From: Hyphomicrobiales bacterium
GTDB lineage: Bacteria; Pseudomonadota; Alphaproteobacteria; Rhizobiales; JAJFHB01
Direction: 5' to 3'
Assembly: GCA_021775615.1 (NCBI GenBank)
Contig: JAJFHL010000283.1
Location: forward strand, 11,518-75,517
DNA: 64,000 nucleotides
Positions 55,762 through 64,000 of this stretch are shown piece by piece (position 1 is the first letter of the stretch; the number at the start of each line of letters is the position of its first letter). Under the pieces are notes generated by a model. That model was not told the origin of the DNA, did no database searches, and worked only from the letters and a program-made list of their open reading frames with translations. Both the position numbers and the translations under genes were made by a program.

Positions 55762-57141
55762 ATGTCTGAACCCGAGCTTCCAGACCACGACGAACATGCA
55801 GACTCCGGCTCGCCGGAGGGCTTTTACAACACGCTGTTGCGCTGCGAGTGGACGGAGCCGCATATCTTGGCGAAATTCCAGGAGAACTCGGTAAAAAAGA
55901 TCCTTCAGCATGCGATCCGCCATGTTCCCTACCACCGCGACCGTCTTGGTTTCCTGCTCGATGGAAATGGCAACATCAATCTGTCGCGATGGCTTGCGGT
56001 CCCGACGATGTCGCGCCCCGATGTCGAACGCAACTATCAGGATCTGATCGCCGAAGAGGTCCCCAAAAGCCACGGCGAGGTTTTGACGGCAAGTACGTCG
56101 GCGTCGCACGGCCGGCCTCTGGTTCTGAAAAAGACCCGGCTGCACGACACCGCGATTGCATGCGCATCATTCCGGCATGCGCGCACTTTCGATCTGGACT
56201 GGGCGCGGCCTCTGGTGTTGATCAGAGCGCTTGCCGGTCGCGCGAGGCGCCCGTCGGACACGGCGACGGCGCCGCCGAAATGGGGGCCCGACTGGATGGA
56301 CCCGGAGCAGCGTGGCGAGCGCGTCCGCATGTCGGTGCACACTCCGCTCGCACGGCAAATCGAGCGTCTGTGCGAAATGGGACCGACTTATCTGAACACC
56401 TCACCGGCAAACGCAATGGCGCTGGCGGCCTTCGTTGCCAGGCACCCGGAAAAGCGGCCTGCCATTCTGGCATTGCTGACGGTCGGCGAGTATGTCTCGC
56501 AGGATACGCGGCGCGAATGCCGCGAGCACCTGGGCTGCGAATTGATCGACGTGTTCTCCACCGCGGAGTGCGGGGTGATCGCAACGCAATGCCCGGAGCA
56601 CGGCGGTTATCACATGCAGCCCGAACTTACCGTTCTTGAGATTCTGGACCAAAAAGGCAAACCCTGCCGCCCCGGCGAGACCGGCCGCATCACCGCGACA
56701 CCGCTTTACAACTACGCCATGCCACTGGTCCGCTACCAGTCGGAAGACTACGCGACAGTGGGTGGCAGTTGCGCGTGCGGCCGCCCGGCGCCAATCCTCT
56801 CAAAGGTGCTGGGGCGTTCCAATCATCACTTCGTGCTGCCCGACGGACGGTATGTCAGACCTGAACCATCAAGCAGCGAACTTCGGCAGTTCATCGGATT
56901 TCGCCGCTGGCAGCTGGTGCAGACCGGAACCGGCCAGGCGGAGTTTCGAGTGTCCGCAGGGCCGGGTGGCGACCCACTGGATGCCGAAGCGGCCGAAGCG
57001 TACATTTCATCGATTATCGAAGGGGAGTTTGCCGTGCGCGTGATCCGCGACGCGATTCTCGGGCCGACATCGGGAGGCAAATTCGCCAGCGTGCTGCGCG
57101 ACTTTGGAGAACACGGCGAAGCTTTGGCAAATGTAGGCTGA
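55762..57141 (+). CDS. Adenylate-forming enzyme, phenylacetate-CoA ligase / CapK / F390-synthetase-like
   Basis: Degenerate P-loop-like TSASHGRP, YxxxDxA-type SEDYATVG, GRSNHHFVLPDGRYV and a C-terminal GGKFASV lysine region. The start is GTG 55741 or ATG 55762. Confidence 0.65.
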   Translation: MSEPELPDHDEHADSGSPEGFYNTLLRCEWTEPHILAKFQENSVKKILQHAIRHVPYHRDRLGFLLDGNGNINLSRWLAVPTMSRPDVERNYQDLIAEEVPKSHGEVLTASTSASHGRPLVLKKTRLHDTAIACASFRHARTFDLDWARPLVLIRALAGRARRPSDTATAPPKWGPDWMDPEQRGERVRMSVHTPLARQIERLCEMGPTYLNTSPANAMALAAFVARHPEKRPAILALLTVGEYVSQDTRRECREHLGCELIDVFSTAECGVIATQCPEHGGYHMQPELTVLEILDQKGKPCRPGETGRITATPLYNYAMPLVRYQSEDYATVGGSCACGRPAPILSKVLGRSNHHFVLPDGRYVRPEPSSSELRQFIGFRRWQLVQTGTGQAEFRVSAGPGGDPLDAEAAEAYISSIIEGEFAVRVIRDAILGPTSGGKFASVLRDFGEHGEALANVG

Positions 57142-57183
57142 CCAATCTGGGCCGTCTTGCCCAAAAACGACTGCGTCCGTCTG

Positions 57184-58038
57184 CTATTTGTCTTTCTTTT
57201 CGTCCTTGTCCTCTTCCTCAATCAGGTTGCCACAGTTGTCCAGCCCTGACTCGTCCATGATGGCATCAACAAGCGGAACGCAATTGTCCGAAGCGCCTGC
57301 GCGTTCGAGCTGCTGGCCCTTGAATTGCGGGTCATCCTCGCGGTGGCGGCGGATCAGGCTCTTGCCGGGATCGTCAGAGAAGTAAAACCGGATGCCGAAC
57401 CAGGCCGACTCGAAGTTGCCCTCACCCACCTGAGCCTGCGCGAAGACGGACATGGGCAGTCCGAAATCGAGGTTGGGCAACCACTCCAGGCCGAATTGCG
57501 CTGCATCGATGCCGAGCGCACGACTGTAGCCGGCCGAGATGCGAAGATTGTCGTCGGGATAGAATGCAACGTCGCCGACGAAGAAGAAGTCGTTGCCGCC
57601 GTTGTCGGCATCTTCAAAGCCGCCAAAGCCTTCAATGGAGAATTGCCCGAGGTAGAACTCAACCTCGGGTCCAATGCGGAAGATGTCATTGGACCCGATC
57701 CCCTGATACATCGCCCCGGCGCCGAACAGGTAGCTCGACGGATCGCGGGTGAACAGGTGGCCCATGGCGGTGCCGGTGAAATCGCCGTCGAAGCTGCCGA
57801 GGGAGCCGTCGAACTGGGCGCCGAAGTCGTGACCGATGGGAATCGTGATCGATCCGTCGGCCGCGCCGCGCCCTGCATCATCGGCGAAACCGCCAGAGCC
57901 GCTCAGCTTGCCGTTAATGCCTGATACCGCAGGCAGACTGCCGGCCGGCGCCGGATCTTCAAGATCGGCTGCAAATGCATTGGACGTCGACAGCGCGGCC
58001 AGAGCCACGCCGCAAAGTAGATTGTGTTTTGAGCCCAT
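57184..58038 (-). CDS. Secreted protein with a beta-barrel-like alternating pattern and an acidic/lysine-rich C-terminal tail; function unknown
   Basis: Signal peptide ending AFAADL. Gly/aromatic-rich amphipathic strands end in WFGIRFYF. About 60 aa follow, ending in IEEEDKDEKKDK. Confidence 0.5.
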   Translation of the reverse strand: MGSKHNLLCGVALAALSTSNAFAADLEDPAPAGSLPAVSGINGKLSGSGGFADDAGRGAADGSITIPIGHDFGAQFDGSLGSFDGDFTGTAMGHLFTRDPSSYLFGAGAMYQGIGSNDIFRIGPEVEFYLGQFSIEGFGGFEDADNGGNDFFFVGDVAFYPDDNLRISAGYSRALGIDAAQFGLEWLPNLDFGLPMSVFAQAQVGEGNFESAWFGIRFYFSDDPGKSLIRRHREDDPQFKGQQLERAGASDNCVPLVDAIMDESGLDNCGNLIEEEDKDEKKDK

Positions 58039-58165
58039 TCTTGGCCACCCTTCCCCGAAAATACGCCGGGATTACCGTGCTCTTTTGTTCTTGTGGAACG
58101 ATACAAGCGTTTTTGGTGGCGTCAGACAATAGTTAAATTCACGTAAAGACAAGTAATTCTGAAGG

Positions 58166-58183
58166 TGTGGCTTCCCGGCCACA
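58166..58183 (-). terminator. Hairpin TGTGGC-TTCCCG-GCCACA just downstream of the response-regulator gene (weak terminator candidate)
   Basis: 6-bp stem read directly. The downstream tract is only moderately U-rich. Confidence 0.25.
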
Positions 58184-58201
58184 GCCCAAAATATGGACCC
58201 G

Positions 58202-58651
58202 TCAACCCTCCTTGGCGAGCCCGACCGCTGAAAACCAGTACTCGATGACCAGTTGCACGATCCGTTCAAGCTGTTCGGCGCTGACCGGCTTTGTGATGAA
58301 GGAGTTGGCGTGCAGCTGGTAAGCCTTCATGATCGAATCCCGGTCGGAACTGGTGGTCAGAACCACCACGGGGATGTGCCTCAGAGCCTCATCTTCCTTG
58401 GTCTCGAGCAGCACCTCATAGCCGTTCTTTCGGGGCATGTTAAGATCAAGAAGGATCAGGTCAGGCGTCGGGGCGTCAGCGAACTCCCCGTTTTGACGCA
58501 GGAACTCCAGCGCCATCTCTCCGTTTTCCACCACATGCAGCCGACAGTCCGACCACACTTTTGCGAAGGCGCGGCGAACGAACTCGACATCGTCCGGATC
58601 GTCCTCCGCCAGCAGAATGTTGACTGTTGTCTTCATCGGTTGATCCGACAT
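58202..58651 (-). CDS. Single-domain response regulator (CheY-like receiver)
   Basis: ILLAEDDPDD, phospho-acceptor context LILLDLNMP, and LTTS and K near the C-terminus. No output domain, and no adjacent histidine kinase. Confidence 0.85.
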   Translation of the reverse strand: MSDQPMKTTVNILLAEDDPDDVEFVRRAFAKVWSDCRLHVVENGEMALEFLRQNGEFADAPTPDLILLDLNMPRKNGYEVLLETKEDEALRHIPVVVLTTSSDRDSIMKAYQLHANSFITKPVSAEQLERIVQLVIEYWFSAVGLAKEG

Positions 58652-58931
58652 ATTGACCTCTGTCCGCTTCAATGCACCCCGGAGGGCTGGCTATATCAGA
58701 AGCTCGTCACCGACTGTGACGGCATCACTCGCACTCGCTTATGGAGACTGAAAAGCCGACGACAATGGTCCGGCCCCCGACACAACAAAATCCGCCCGTA
58801 CATTAGACGGGAAAAAGTATTTAATTCGTATACAAATGAACTATTCTTGCGATTGCAATCACATACTCACAACGACCGATCTAATCACATCAGTACGTCT
58901 GAGTACACCTTTTTCAAACCGTATGAATCAC

Positions 58932-59828
58932 TCAGAGCTGGGACGCTCCGAAGGTATCGCACTCGCGAATATCGCCGGCCTTGTAGCCCTGCGAAAACCA
59001 GCGCACGCGCTGCGCCGACGATCCATGAGTGAATGAATCCGGGACCACGTAGCCCTGCGACTGGCGTTGCAGACGGTCATCGCCGATGGCTTCGGCCGCA
59101 TTGAGGCCTTCTTCAAGATCACCGGTTTCCAGAAGCGCCTTGCCGGTCGCCTTCTTGTTGCGCTCGTTGGCATGGCGCGCCCATACGCCGGAGAAGCAAT
59201 CGGCCTGGAGTTCCAGCCGCACCGAAAGCTGGTTGGACTGCGTCTGGCTCGACTGCTGGCGCGCCGCCGTCACCTTTTGCGAGATCCCGAGCAGCGTCTG
59301 CACATGGTGCCCGACCTCATGGGCGACCACGTAGGCCTGGGCGAAATCGCCAGGCGCACCGAGCCGGCTCTTCATTTCGGCGAAGAAACTGAGGTCGATA
59401 TACACCTTCTGATCACCCGGACAGTAGAACGGTCCCATGGCCGCCTGACCAAGACCACAGGCGGACGATACGCGGTCTGTAAAGAGAACCAGCTTGGGCG
59501 GCTGATAGGTGCGGTCCATCTCCTTGAAGATCGGGGTCCAAGTGTCTTCGGTGAACCCCAGAATGGTTGCGACGAAACTCTTCATCTCGTCGTTTGCCGG
59601 CGTACTCGTGCGCTCAGTCGTGGTCTGCTGCGAAGTCGATGTCTGATCCGTCACACCCTGCAGGACTACGCTGGGATCGATGCCGAGGAACCATGCCGCC
59701 ACGACGACGACGATCATCCCGCCGATACCAAGCCCGCCGGCCCCTTTTACAGATGGCCTTCGGACACGGCCGCGGGTCGACCGGCGGTCTTCAACATTGG
59801 TACTTTTCCGGCCTCTTTTCCAACGCAT
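58932..59828 (-). CDS. YpfJ-family neutral zinc metallopeptidase
   Basis: N-terminal MRWKRGRKSTNVEDRR, a TM helix, and the HEVGHH zinc motif. Confidence 0.85.
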   Translation of the reverse strand: MRWKRGRKSTNVEDRRSTRGRVRRPSVKGAGGLGIGGMIVVVVAAWFLGIDPSVVLQGVTDQTSTSQQTTTERTSTPANDEMKSFVATILGFTEDTWTPIFKEMDRTYQPPKLVLFTDRVSSACGLGQAAMGPFYCPGDQKVYIDLSFFAEMKSRLGAPGDFAQAYVVAHEVGHHVQTLLGISQKVTAARQQSSQTQSNQLSVRLELQADCFSGVWARHANERNKKATGKALLETGDLEEGLNAAEAIGDDRLQRQSQGYVVPDSFTHGSSAQRVRWFSQGYKAGDIRECDTFGASQL

Positions 59829-60015
59829 CGCAATGTTCTTTCCGCATTTACATCTGTTCGCCGCCCTCCCGACCTAACTATAGTGTGAACAGCAATTGGG
59901 CAACCATCTCTAACCGGGGCCGACTGCATCACTTCCCGACACCAGGAGCGTGACATCACCCTGTCACGATTGCATGATTTGCCGGAGACGCTGGTTCCAA
60001 AGTGAGAGATGTTAC

Positions 60016-60516
60016 ATGACCGCCACAATTCACCGACTGCTCCGTTCCGCCACCGTGTTTGCGTTTCTGGTTGTCTTGTCCGCGGGACCGGGACGGGCCG
60101 ACCTCGATGGCCGCGACGGATGGGTCGTCCTGCCGACACCGCACAGCTATCAAGATCTCATCGCACGGGTCGACCAGGCCGCCAAAGCCAACAAAATGGG
60201 CGTGGTGACACGGGCATCCGCCACCGTCGGCGCCAAAAAAGTGCTCGACAAGACGATCCGCGGCAACATGGTGGTCGGGCTCTATCATCCGCGGTTCGCG
60301 GTTCGGATGCTCGATGCAAGCATCGCCGCCGGCATCGAGGCGCCTATCCGGCTGTACCTGACCGAAAACGAAGACGGCACGGCGACCCTCTCCTATAAGA
60401 CACCGACACACGTGTTTTCGCCTTACATGGAACAAGGCGGTACGGAGCTAAAGGCGCTGGCGGATGAGCTCGACAAGCTGTTCGACAAGCTCGCCAGGGA
60501 GGCGGCGGCACAATAG
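60016..60516 (+). CDS. DUF302 domain protein, secreted
   Basis: Signal peptide, then a GVVTRASATVGAKK...MVVGLYHPRFA...IEAPIRLYL pattern typical of DUF302. Confidence 0.65.
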   Translation: MTATIHRLLRSATVFAFLVVLSAGPGRADLDGRDGWVVLPTPHSYQDLIARVDQAAKANKMGVVTRASATVGAKKVLDKTIRGNMVVGLYHPRFAVRMLDASIAAGIEAPIRLYLTENEDGTATLSYKTPTHVFSPYMEQGGTELKALADELDKLFDKLAREAAAQ

Positions 60517-60531
60517 AGCCACCCGGACGGC

Positions 60532-62076
60532 CTACGGCTCGCCATAGGGCGGGAAGCGGCTGAGAACATCTGTCTCGGTAACGTCCAAGTGGCTGCGCAT
60601 GTATTCCTGCGAAGCATCGCGCGGCGGCGCGTAATCCCAGGACGTCAGCTCGCCCCGCTTCATGGCCTGATACACGGCCCGCCTGCCCTTCTGCGTGGCG
60701 ATGACATCACGGCGTATCTTTTCAGAGTCCCAGCGCTCCGCAACCTCCGCGGCGAACGCGGCCGCCAGGTCGCCGTGCGCGGGATCATCAACCAGATTGG
60801 TGCGCTCCAGCGGATCTGCCGCCGTGTTGAACAGGAGCGGCGGGTCGACATCGCAATGGACGTACTTGAAGTCGCCGCGCCTGATCATGAAGCAGGGGTG
60901 CGAGGCGCATTCGGCGGCGTATTCCGAGATCGCCTCGTCGGCATCGCCGTCCGCATCGCCTGCAATCAGCGGCACCAGGGAGCGTCCGCCGACCGGTTCG
61001 CCATAGGCCGGCGCGGGCCCTGCGCCGCCCGCCTCCGCCAGCCCCACCAGTGTCGGCAGGATGTCGGCCAGCGAGACATTGCCGGAGATCCGCTTGGCCT
61101 GAGGAATCCCCTGCCCGGCGATCACCAGCGGCACCCGGACGGATGGCTCGAAGAAGCTCATCTTGTACCAAAGACCGCGCTCGCCCAGCATGTCGCCGTG
61201 ATCGGAGGTGACGATGATGATGGTGTTGTCGTCGAACCGGGCCTCCTTGAGGGTCTTGGTGATGCGCCCCACCCAGTTGTCGAAATAGCTGACATTGGCA
61301 TAGTAGGCATGGCGCGCGTTGCGCACCTGGTCTTCGGTCACCGGTGAATTGGGCAGGTCGATGCCGGTCATCAGCCGGCGGCTGTGGGCGTCCTGATCGT
61401 CCAGCGACAGTGCCGGGACCGCGGGCATGTCGACCGCATCATGGTCGTAGAGATCCCACCACTCGCGCAGCGCGATGTAAGGGTCGTGCGGGTGAATGAA
61501 CGACACCACCATGCAGAACGGATGCTGATCTGGGTGGCGCGCATAGTCGAAGATCTTGCGCCGCGCCGACCAGCCGACTTCTTCGTCATAGTCGATCTGG
61601 TTGGTGGTTGCCGCGACACCGGCTTCCTGGACGCTCGACATGTTGTGATAGAAGGCGTCGATGCGCTCGTCCGGCATTTCCCAGTCCGGTGTCCAGGCGA
61701 AATCGGCGGGGTAGATGTCGGTGGTCAGGCGCTGGTTGAATCCATGCAACTGGTCGGGACCGACAAAGTGCATTTTTCCGCACAGCGACGTGTGATAGCC
61801 CATCATGCGAAGATAGTGAGCGAATGTGGGGACCGAGCTCGGGAACTCGGAGGCATTGTCGTACGCCGCGATGCGCGTGATCAGCTGGCCCGCCATGAAG
61901 GAAAACCTCGCCGGGGCACAAAGCGGCGAATTCGTATAGGCGCTGTCGAAGGTGACGCCGCGTTCGGCGAGCGCGTCGATGGCCGGCGTCCTGACCAGGG
62001 GATGGCCGTAGGTGCCCATGAAAAGCGGGCTCAACTGGTCTGCCATGATCAAGACGATGTTGGGAGCGGCTGGCAT
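60532..62076 (-). CDS. betC: Choline-sulfatase
   Basis: The sulfatase motif SPLCAPARFSFMAGQ (CxPxR) is present. From memory, the protein is collinear with Sinorhizobium BetC over long stretches (GKMHFVGPDQLHGF..RLTTDIYPADF.WTPD). Confidence 0.8.
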   Translation of the reverse strand: MPAAPNIVLIMADQLSPLFMGTYGHPLVRTPAIDALAERGVTFDSAYTNSPLCAPARFSFMAGQLITRIAAYDNASEFPSSVPTFAHYLRMMGYHTSLCGKMHFVGPDQLHGFNQRLTTDIYPADFAWTPDWEMPDERIDAFYHNMSSVQEAGVAATTNQIDYDEEVGWSARRKIFDYARHPDQHPFCMVVSFIHPHDPYIALREWWDLYDHDAVDMPAVPALSLDDQDAHSRRLMTGIDLPNSPVTEDQVRNARHAYYANVSYFDNWVGRITKTLKEARFDDNTIIIVTSDHGDMLGERGLWYKMSFFEPSVRVPLVIAGQGIPQAKRISGNVSLADILPTLVGLAEAGGAGPAPAYGEPVGGRSLVPLIAGDADGDADEAISEYAAECASHPCFMIRRGDFKYVHCDVDPPLLFNTAADPLERTNLVDDPAHGDLAAAFAAEVAERWDSEKIRRDVIATQKGRRAVYQAMKRGELTSWDYAPPRDASQEYMRSHLDVTETDVLSRFPPYGEP

Positions 62077-62199
62077 ACATACACCTCCAATTGAGAACCG
62101 GCGTTGGGCAGGCTAAACAACCCCTTCCCGCAATGTCCCTCATATGCCCTGATAGAACGCAACGCCACACTTTTCGCCGACCCAGAGAAAGAACCCAGC

Positions 62200-63180
62200 A
62201 TGACCGAACGAGCATTCCCGGCAAAGCGCGACCTCACGATCCAGTTCGCCCACGTCGCCTATGCCTTTGCCGAGAATTTTGCAGCGCGCGACGCCGGCAT
62301 CGCACACTTCCAGACCTGGACCCCCGAAGACACGCTTGAACGCGCCCATGAGGCGGACGTGCTGGTGGTGTCGGGCTTCTGGCGTCCCGAACTTGCCGCG
62401 CGCGCCAGCAGGCTTCGTTTCATCCAGGTGCTCTCGGTGGGCTATGAGCAGTTCGATCTCGACGATCTGCGTGCCCGCGGGATCCACCTCGCCAACGGCT
62501 CCGGCGTCAACAAGAACGCGGTCAGCGAACACGCCATGTCCCTGGTGCTGTCCTTCACCCGGCACCTCCACCTCGGACGCGACGACCAGCACAAACGCCG
62601 CTGGCGCGGCATGAAGGGCGAGATCGCCCTGCGCGAAGAGGAACTGGGCGGCAAGACCCTGGTGATCTACGGCCTGGGAGATATCGGCGCACGCATCGCC
62701 CGGCTGGCGCGCGCCTTCGGCATGCGTGTCATCGGCATCAAGCGCGATGTTGCGGCCCATGACGGCAGTGCGGACGAAGTGCGCCCGCCGGAAGCCTTTC
62801 TCGACGCCCTGCCGCAGGCCGACTTTGTCGTTCTCGCCTGCCCGCTTACCGATGAAACACGTGGTCTGGTCGGGGCGGAAGCGCTCGCGGCGATGCCGGC
62901 GCGCTGCCGTCTCATCAACGTGGCGCGCGGCGGTTGTGTCGACGAAGCGGCACTGATCGCGGCGCTCGAGAGCGGCCGGATCGCCGGCGCCGGGCTGGAT
63001 ACCGTAGCCGTCGAACCCCTGCCTGAGACCTCGCCGCTGTGGGATATGGAAAACGTGATCATCACGCCCCATACCGGCGGCGAAACCGCGCTTTACGAAG
63101 AGAACCTCTTCGACATTCTTCTGGACAATCTTGACCGCCTCCAGCGCGGCGAGTTTCCGCTGCGCAATCAGCGCACCTGA
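62200..63180 (+). CDS. D-isomer-specific 2-hydroxyacid dehydrogenase family protein
   Basis: VIYGLGDIGARIARLA, NVARGGCVDE, LDTVAVEPLP and ITPHTGG. ATG 62200 is preferred over the ORF start at 62104. Confidence 0.85.
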   Translation: MTERAFPAKRDLTIQFAHVAYAFAENFAARDAGIAHFQTWTPEDTLERAHEADVLVVSGFWRPELAARASRLRFIQVLSVGYEQFDLDDLRARGIHLANGSGVNKNAVSEHAMSLVLSFTRHLHLGRDDQHKRRWRGMKGEIALREEELGGKTLVIYGLGDIGARIARLARAFGMRVIGIKRDVAAHDGSADEVRPPEAFLDALPQADFVVLACPLTDETRGLVGAEALAAMPARCRLINVARGGCVDEAALIAALESGRIAGAGLDTVAVEPLPETSPLWDMENVIITPHTGGETALYEENLFDILLDNLDRLQRGEFPLRNQRT

Positions 63181-63384
63181 CTATCGCCGGCACTACAACT
63201 GATCGTTCGGTTTGAAGGGCGCTCCGTCGGGGCGCCCTTTTTCGTGCCGAGCCGCCGCGTGTTTCAATTGTTTCTGCTTCGAACCTGTCTCCCGGCCGCC
63301 GCGTCCCATGGCCAACAGTGCAGCGCGTGTGACCGTCCAGCGGCGCGAGCGCCCGCACGCAGATATGCAGACAGGAGATGAAAC

Positions 63385-64000
63385 ATGTTTGGACTGGCAA
63401 GAAAAGCCCTCGCGGCCGGCGCAATGCTGGCCGTATCAAGTGCCGCAGCGCATGCCCTCACGGTCAAGTTCGATCAACCCAATATGGGCTTCGGACAGGG
63501 GCCCATCATAGTGGAATCGACCGACGGCGTGTCTTGGTCGAAGATCAAGACGACCGAACTGAAGCTGCCACATTCGTTGTTCATCGGACACAACTCCAAT
63601 GATTACGAATTCGTGACTCGCCGTGTCTACCAGGACGGGGCGGATATCACGCCGACCACCGTCTATCCTGACGGAGACTGGGGGAACCCGGTTGTCTTTA
63701 ACCAGACCGCCTCGGGTTCGACGGACCATTTCAACGACATCACCCGGAGCAACCTGCTCTATGGCTGTAACAGTCGGCTCAAAAATGGCGGCGACATCCG
63801 CAAGGACCAAACCTTCTTTTTCAAAGTGCCGCTGCAGGCCCTCGCCTATTTCAATAGAAAGAACGGCTCACAGTTCTTCAAGGAAGCACGCGGCCATTCG
63901 CTGGTGCACGTGACCTGCAAGGCCTTCAAGGACCCGCAGCGCGAGAAGAAGCCGCTGAAGATATCCAAACTGAGCTTCCAGGCCTATGCCACCAGCAGCA
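63385..64000 (+). CDS. Secreted hypothetical protein, 3'-truncated by the window edge (absent from the ORF track)
   Basis: My own translation from ATG 63385 (GGAG 8 nt upstream) gives MFGLARKALAAGAMLAVSSAAAHALTVKFDQPNMGFGQGPIIVESTDG... The frame stays open through position 64000, with coding-like GC3 usage. Confidence 0.55.
   Translation, partial: MFGLARKALAAGAMLAVSSAAAHALTVKFDQPNMGFGQGPIIVESTDGVSWSKIKTTELKLPHSLFIGHNSNDYEFVTRRVYQDGADITPTTVYPDGDWGNPVVFNQTASGSTDHFNDITRSNLLYGCNSRLKNGGDIRKDQTFFFKVPLQALAYFNRKNGSQFFKEARGHSLVHVTCKAFKDPQREKKPLKISKLSFQAYATSS

Overview
This is a high-GC bacterial chromosomal segment. Its gene content (psd-pssA, betC, class II DAHP synthase, cimA, DUF2059 and DUF3750 proteins) fits an alphaproteobacterium, but that assignment is an inference. 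I support about 55 protein-coding genes, one tRNA-Val(CAC), two TA-flanked MITE-like elements and a few palindromic regulatory or terminator candidates. No rRNA, CRISPR array, integrase or transposase gene was seen. All family calls rest on motifs read by eye in the supplied translations; no HMM or BLAST search was possible. Most of the window is housekeeping: Cys/Met PLP enzyme, an ATM1-type ABC exporter-psd-pssA operon, LOG, cimA-cysS, PPK2, uraD, a CDF transporter, DAHP synthase, gor, rpiA, gabD, gph, a TetR-regulated RND pump and betC. The strongest candidate for a new system is a same-strand block at 22784-30659. It holds a 1331-aa TIR / STAND P-loop NTPase / single TM helix / 14xWD40 protein, followed by two tandem paralogous secreted MORN-repeat proteins that carry a large domain I do not recognise. 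The positive-inside rule predicts that the WD40 propellers face the periplasm, where the two MORN proteins are also predicted to go. That suggests an envelope-spanning NLR-like sensor/effector module (hypothesis). Secondary items are listed here. (1) An FHA-TM-trypsin-like protease next to CYTH and class III cyclase genes. (2) A classical AAA+ ATPase with an unknown N-domain plus a methyltransferase, in an AT-rich-flanked pocket downstream of tRNA-Val. (3) A 117-bp tandem repeat that re-copies the tRNA 3' end. (4) Two roughly 263-bp MITEs inserted exactly at TAG stop codons. (5) Several translationally coupled gene pairs. (6) A secreted-protein ORF cut by the window edge that is missing from the ORF track.
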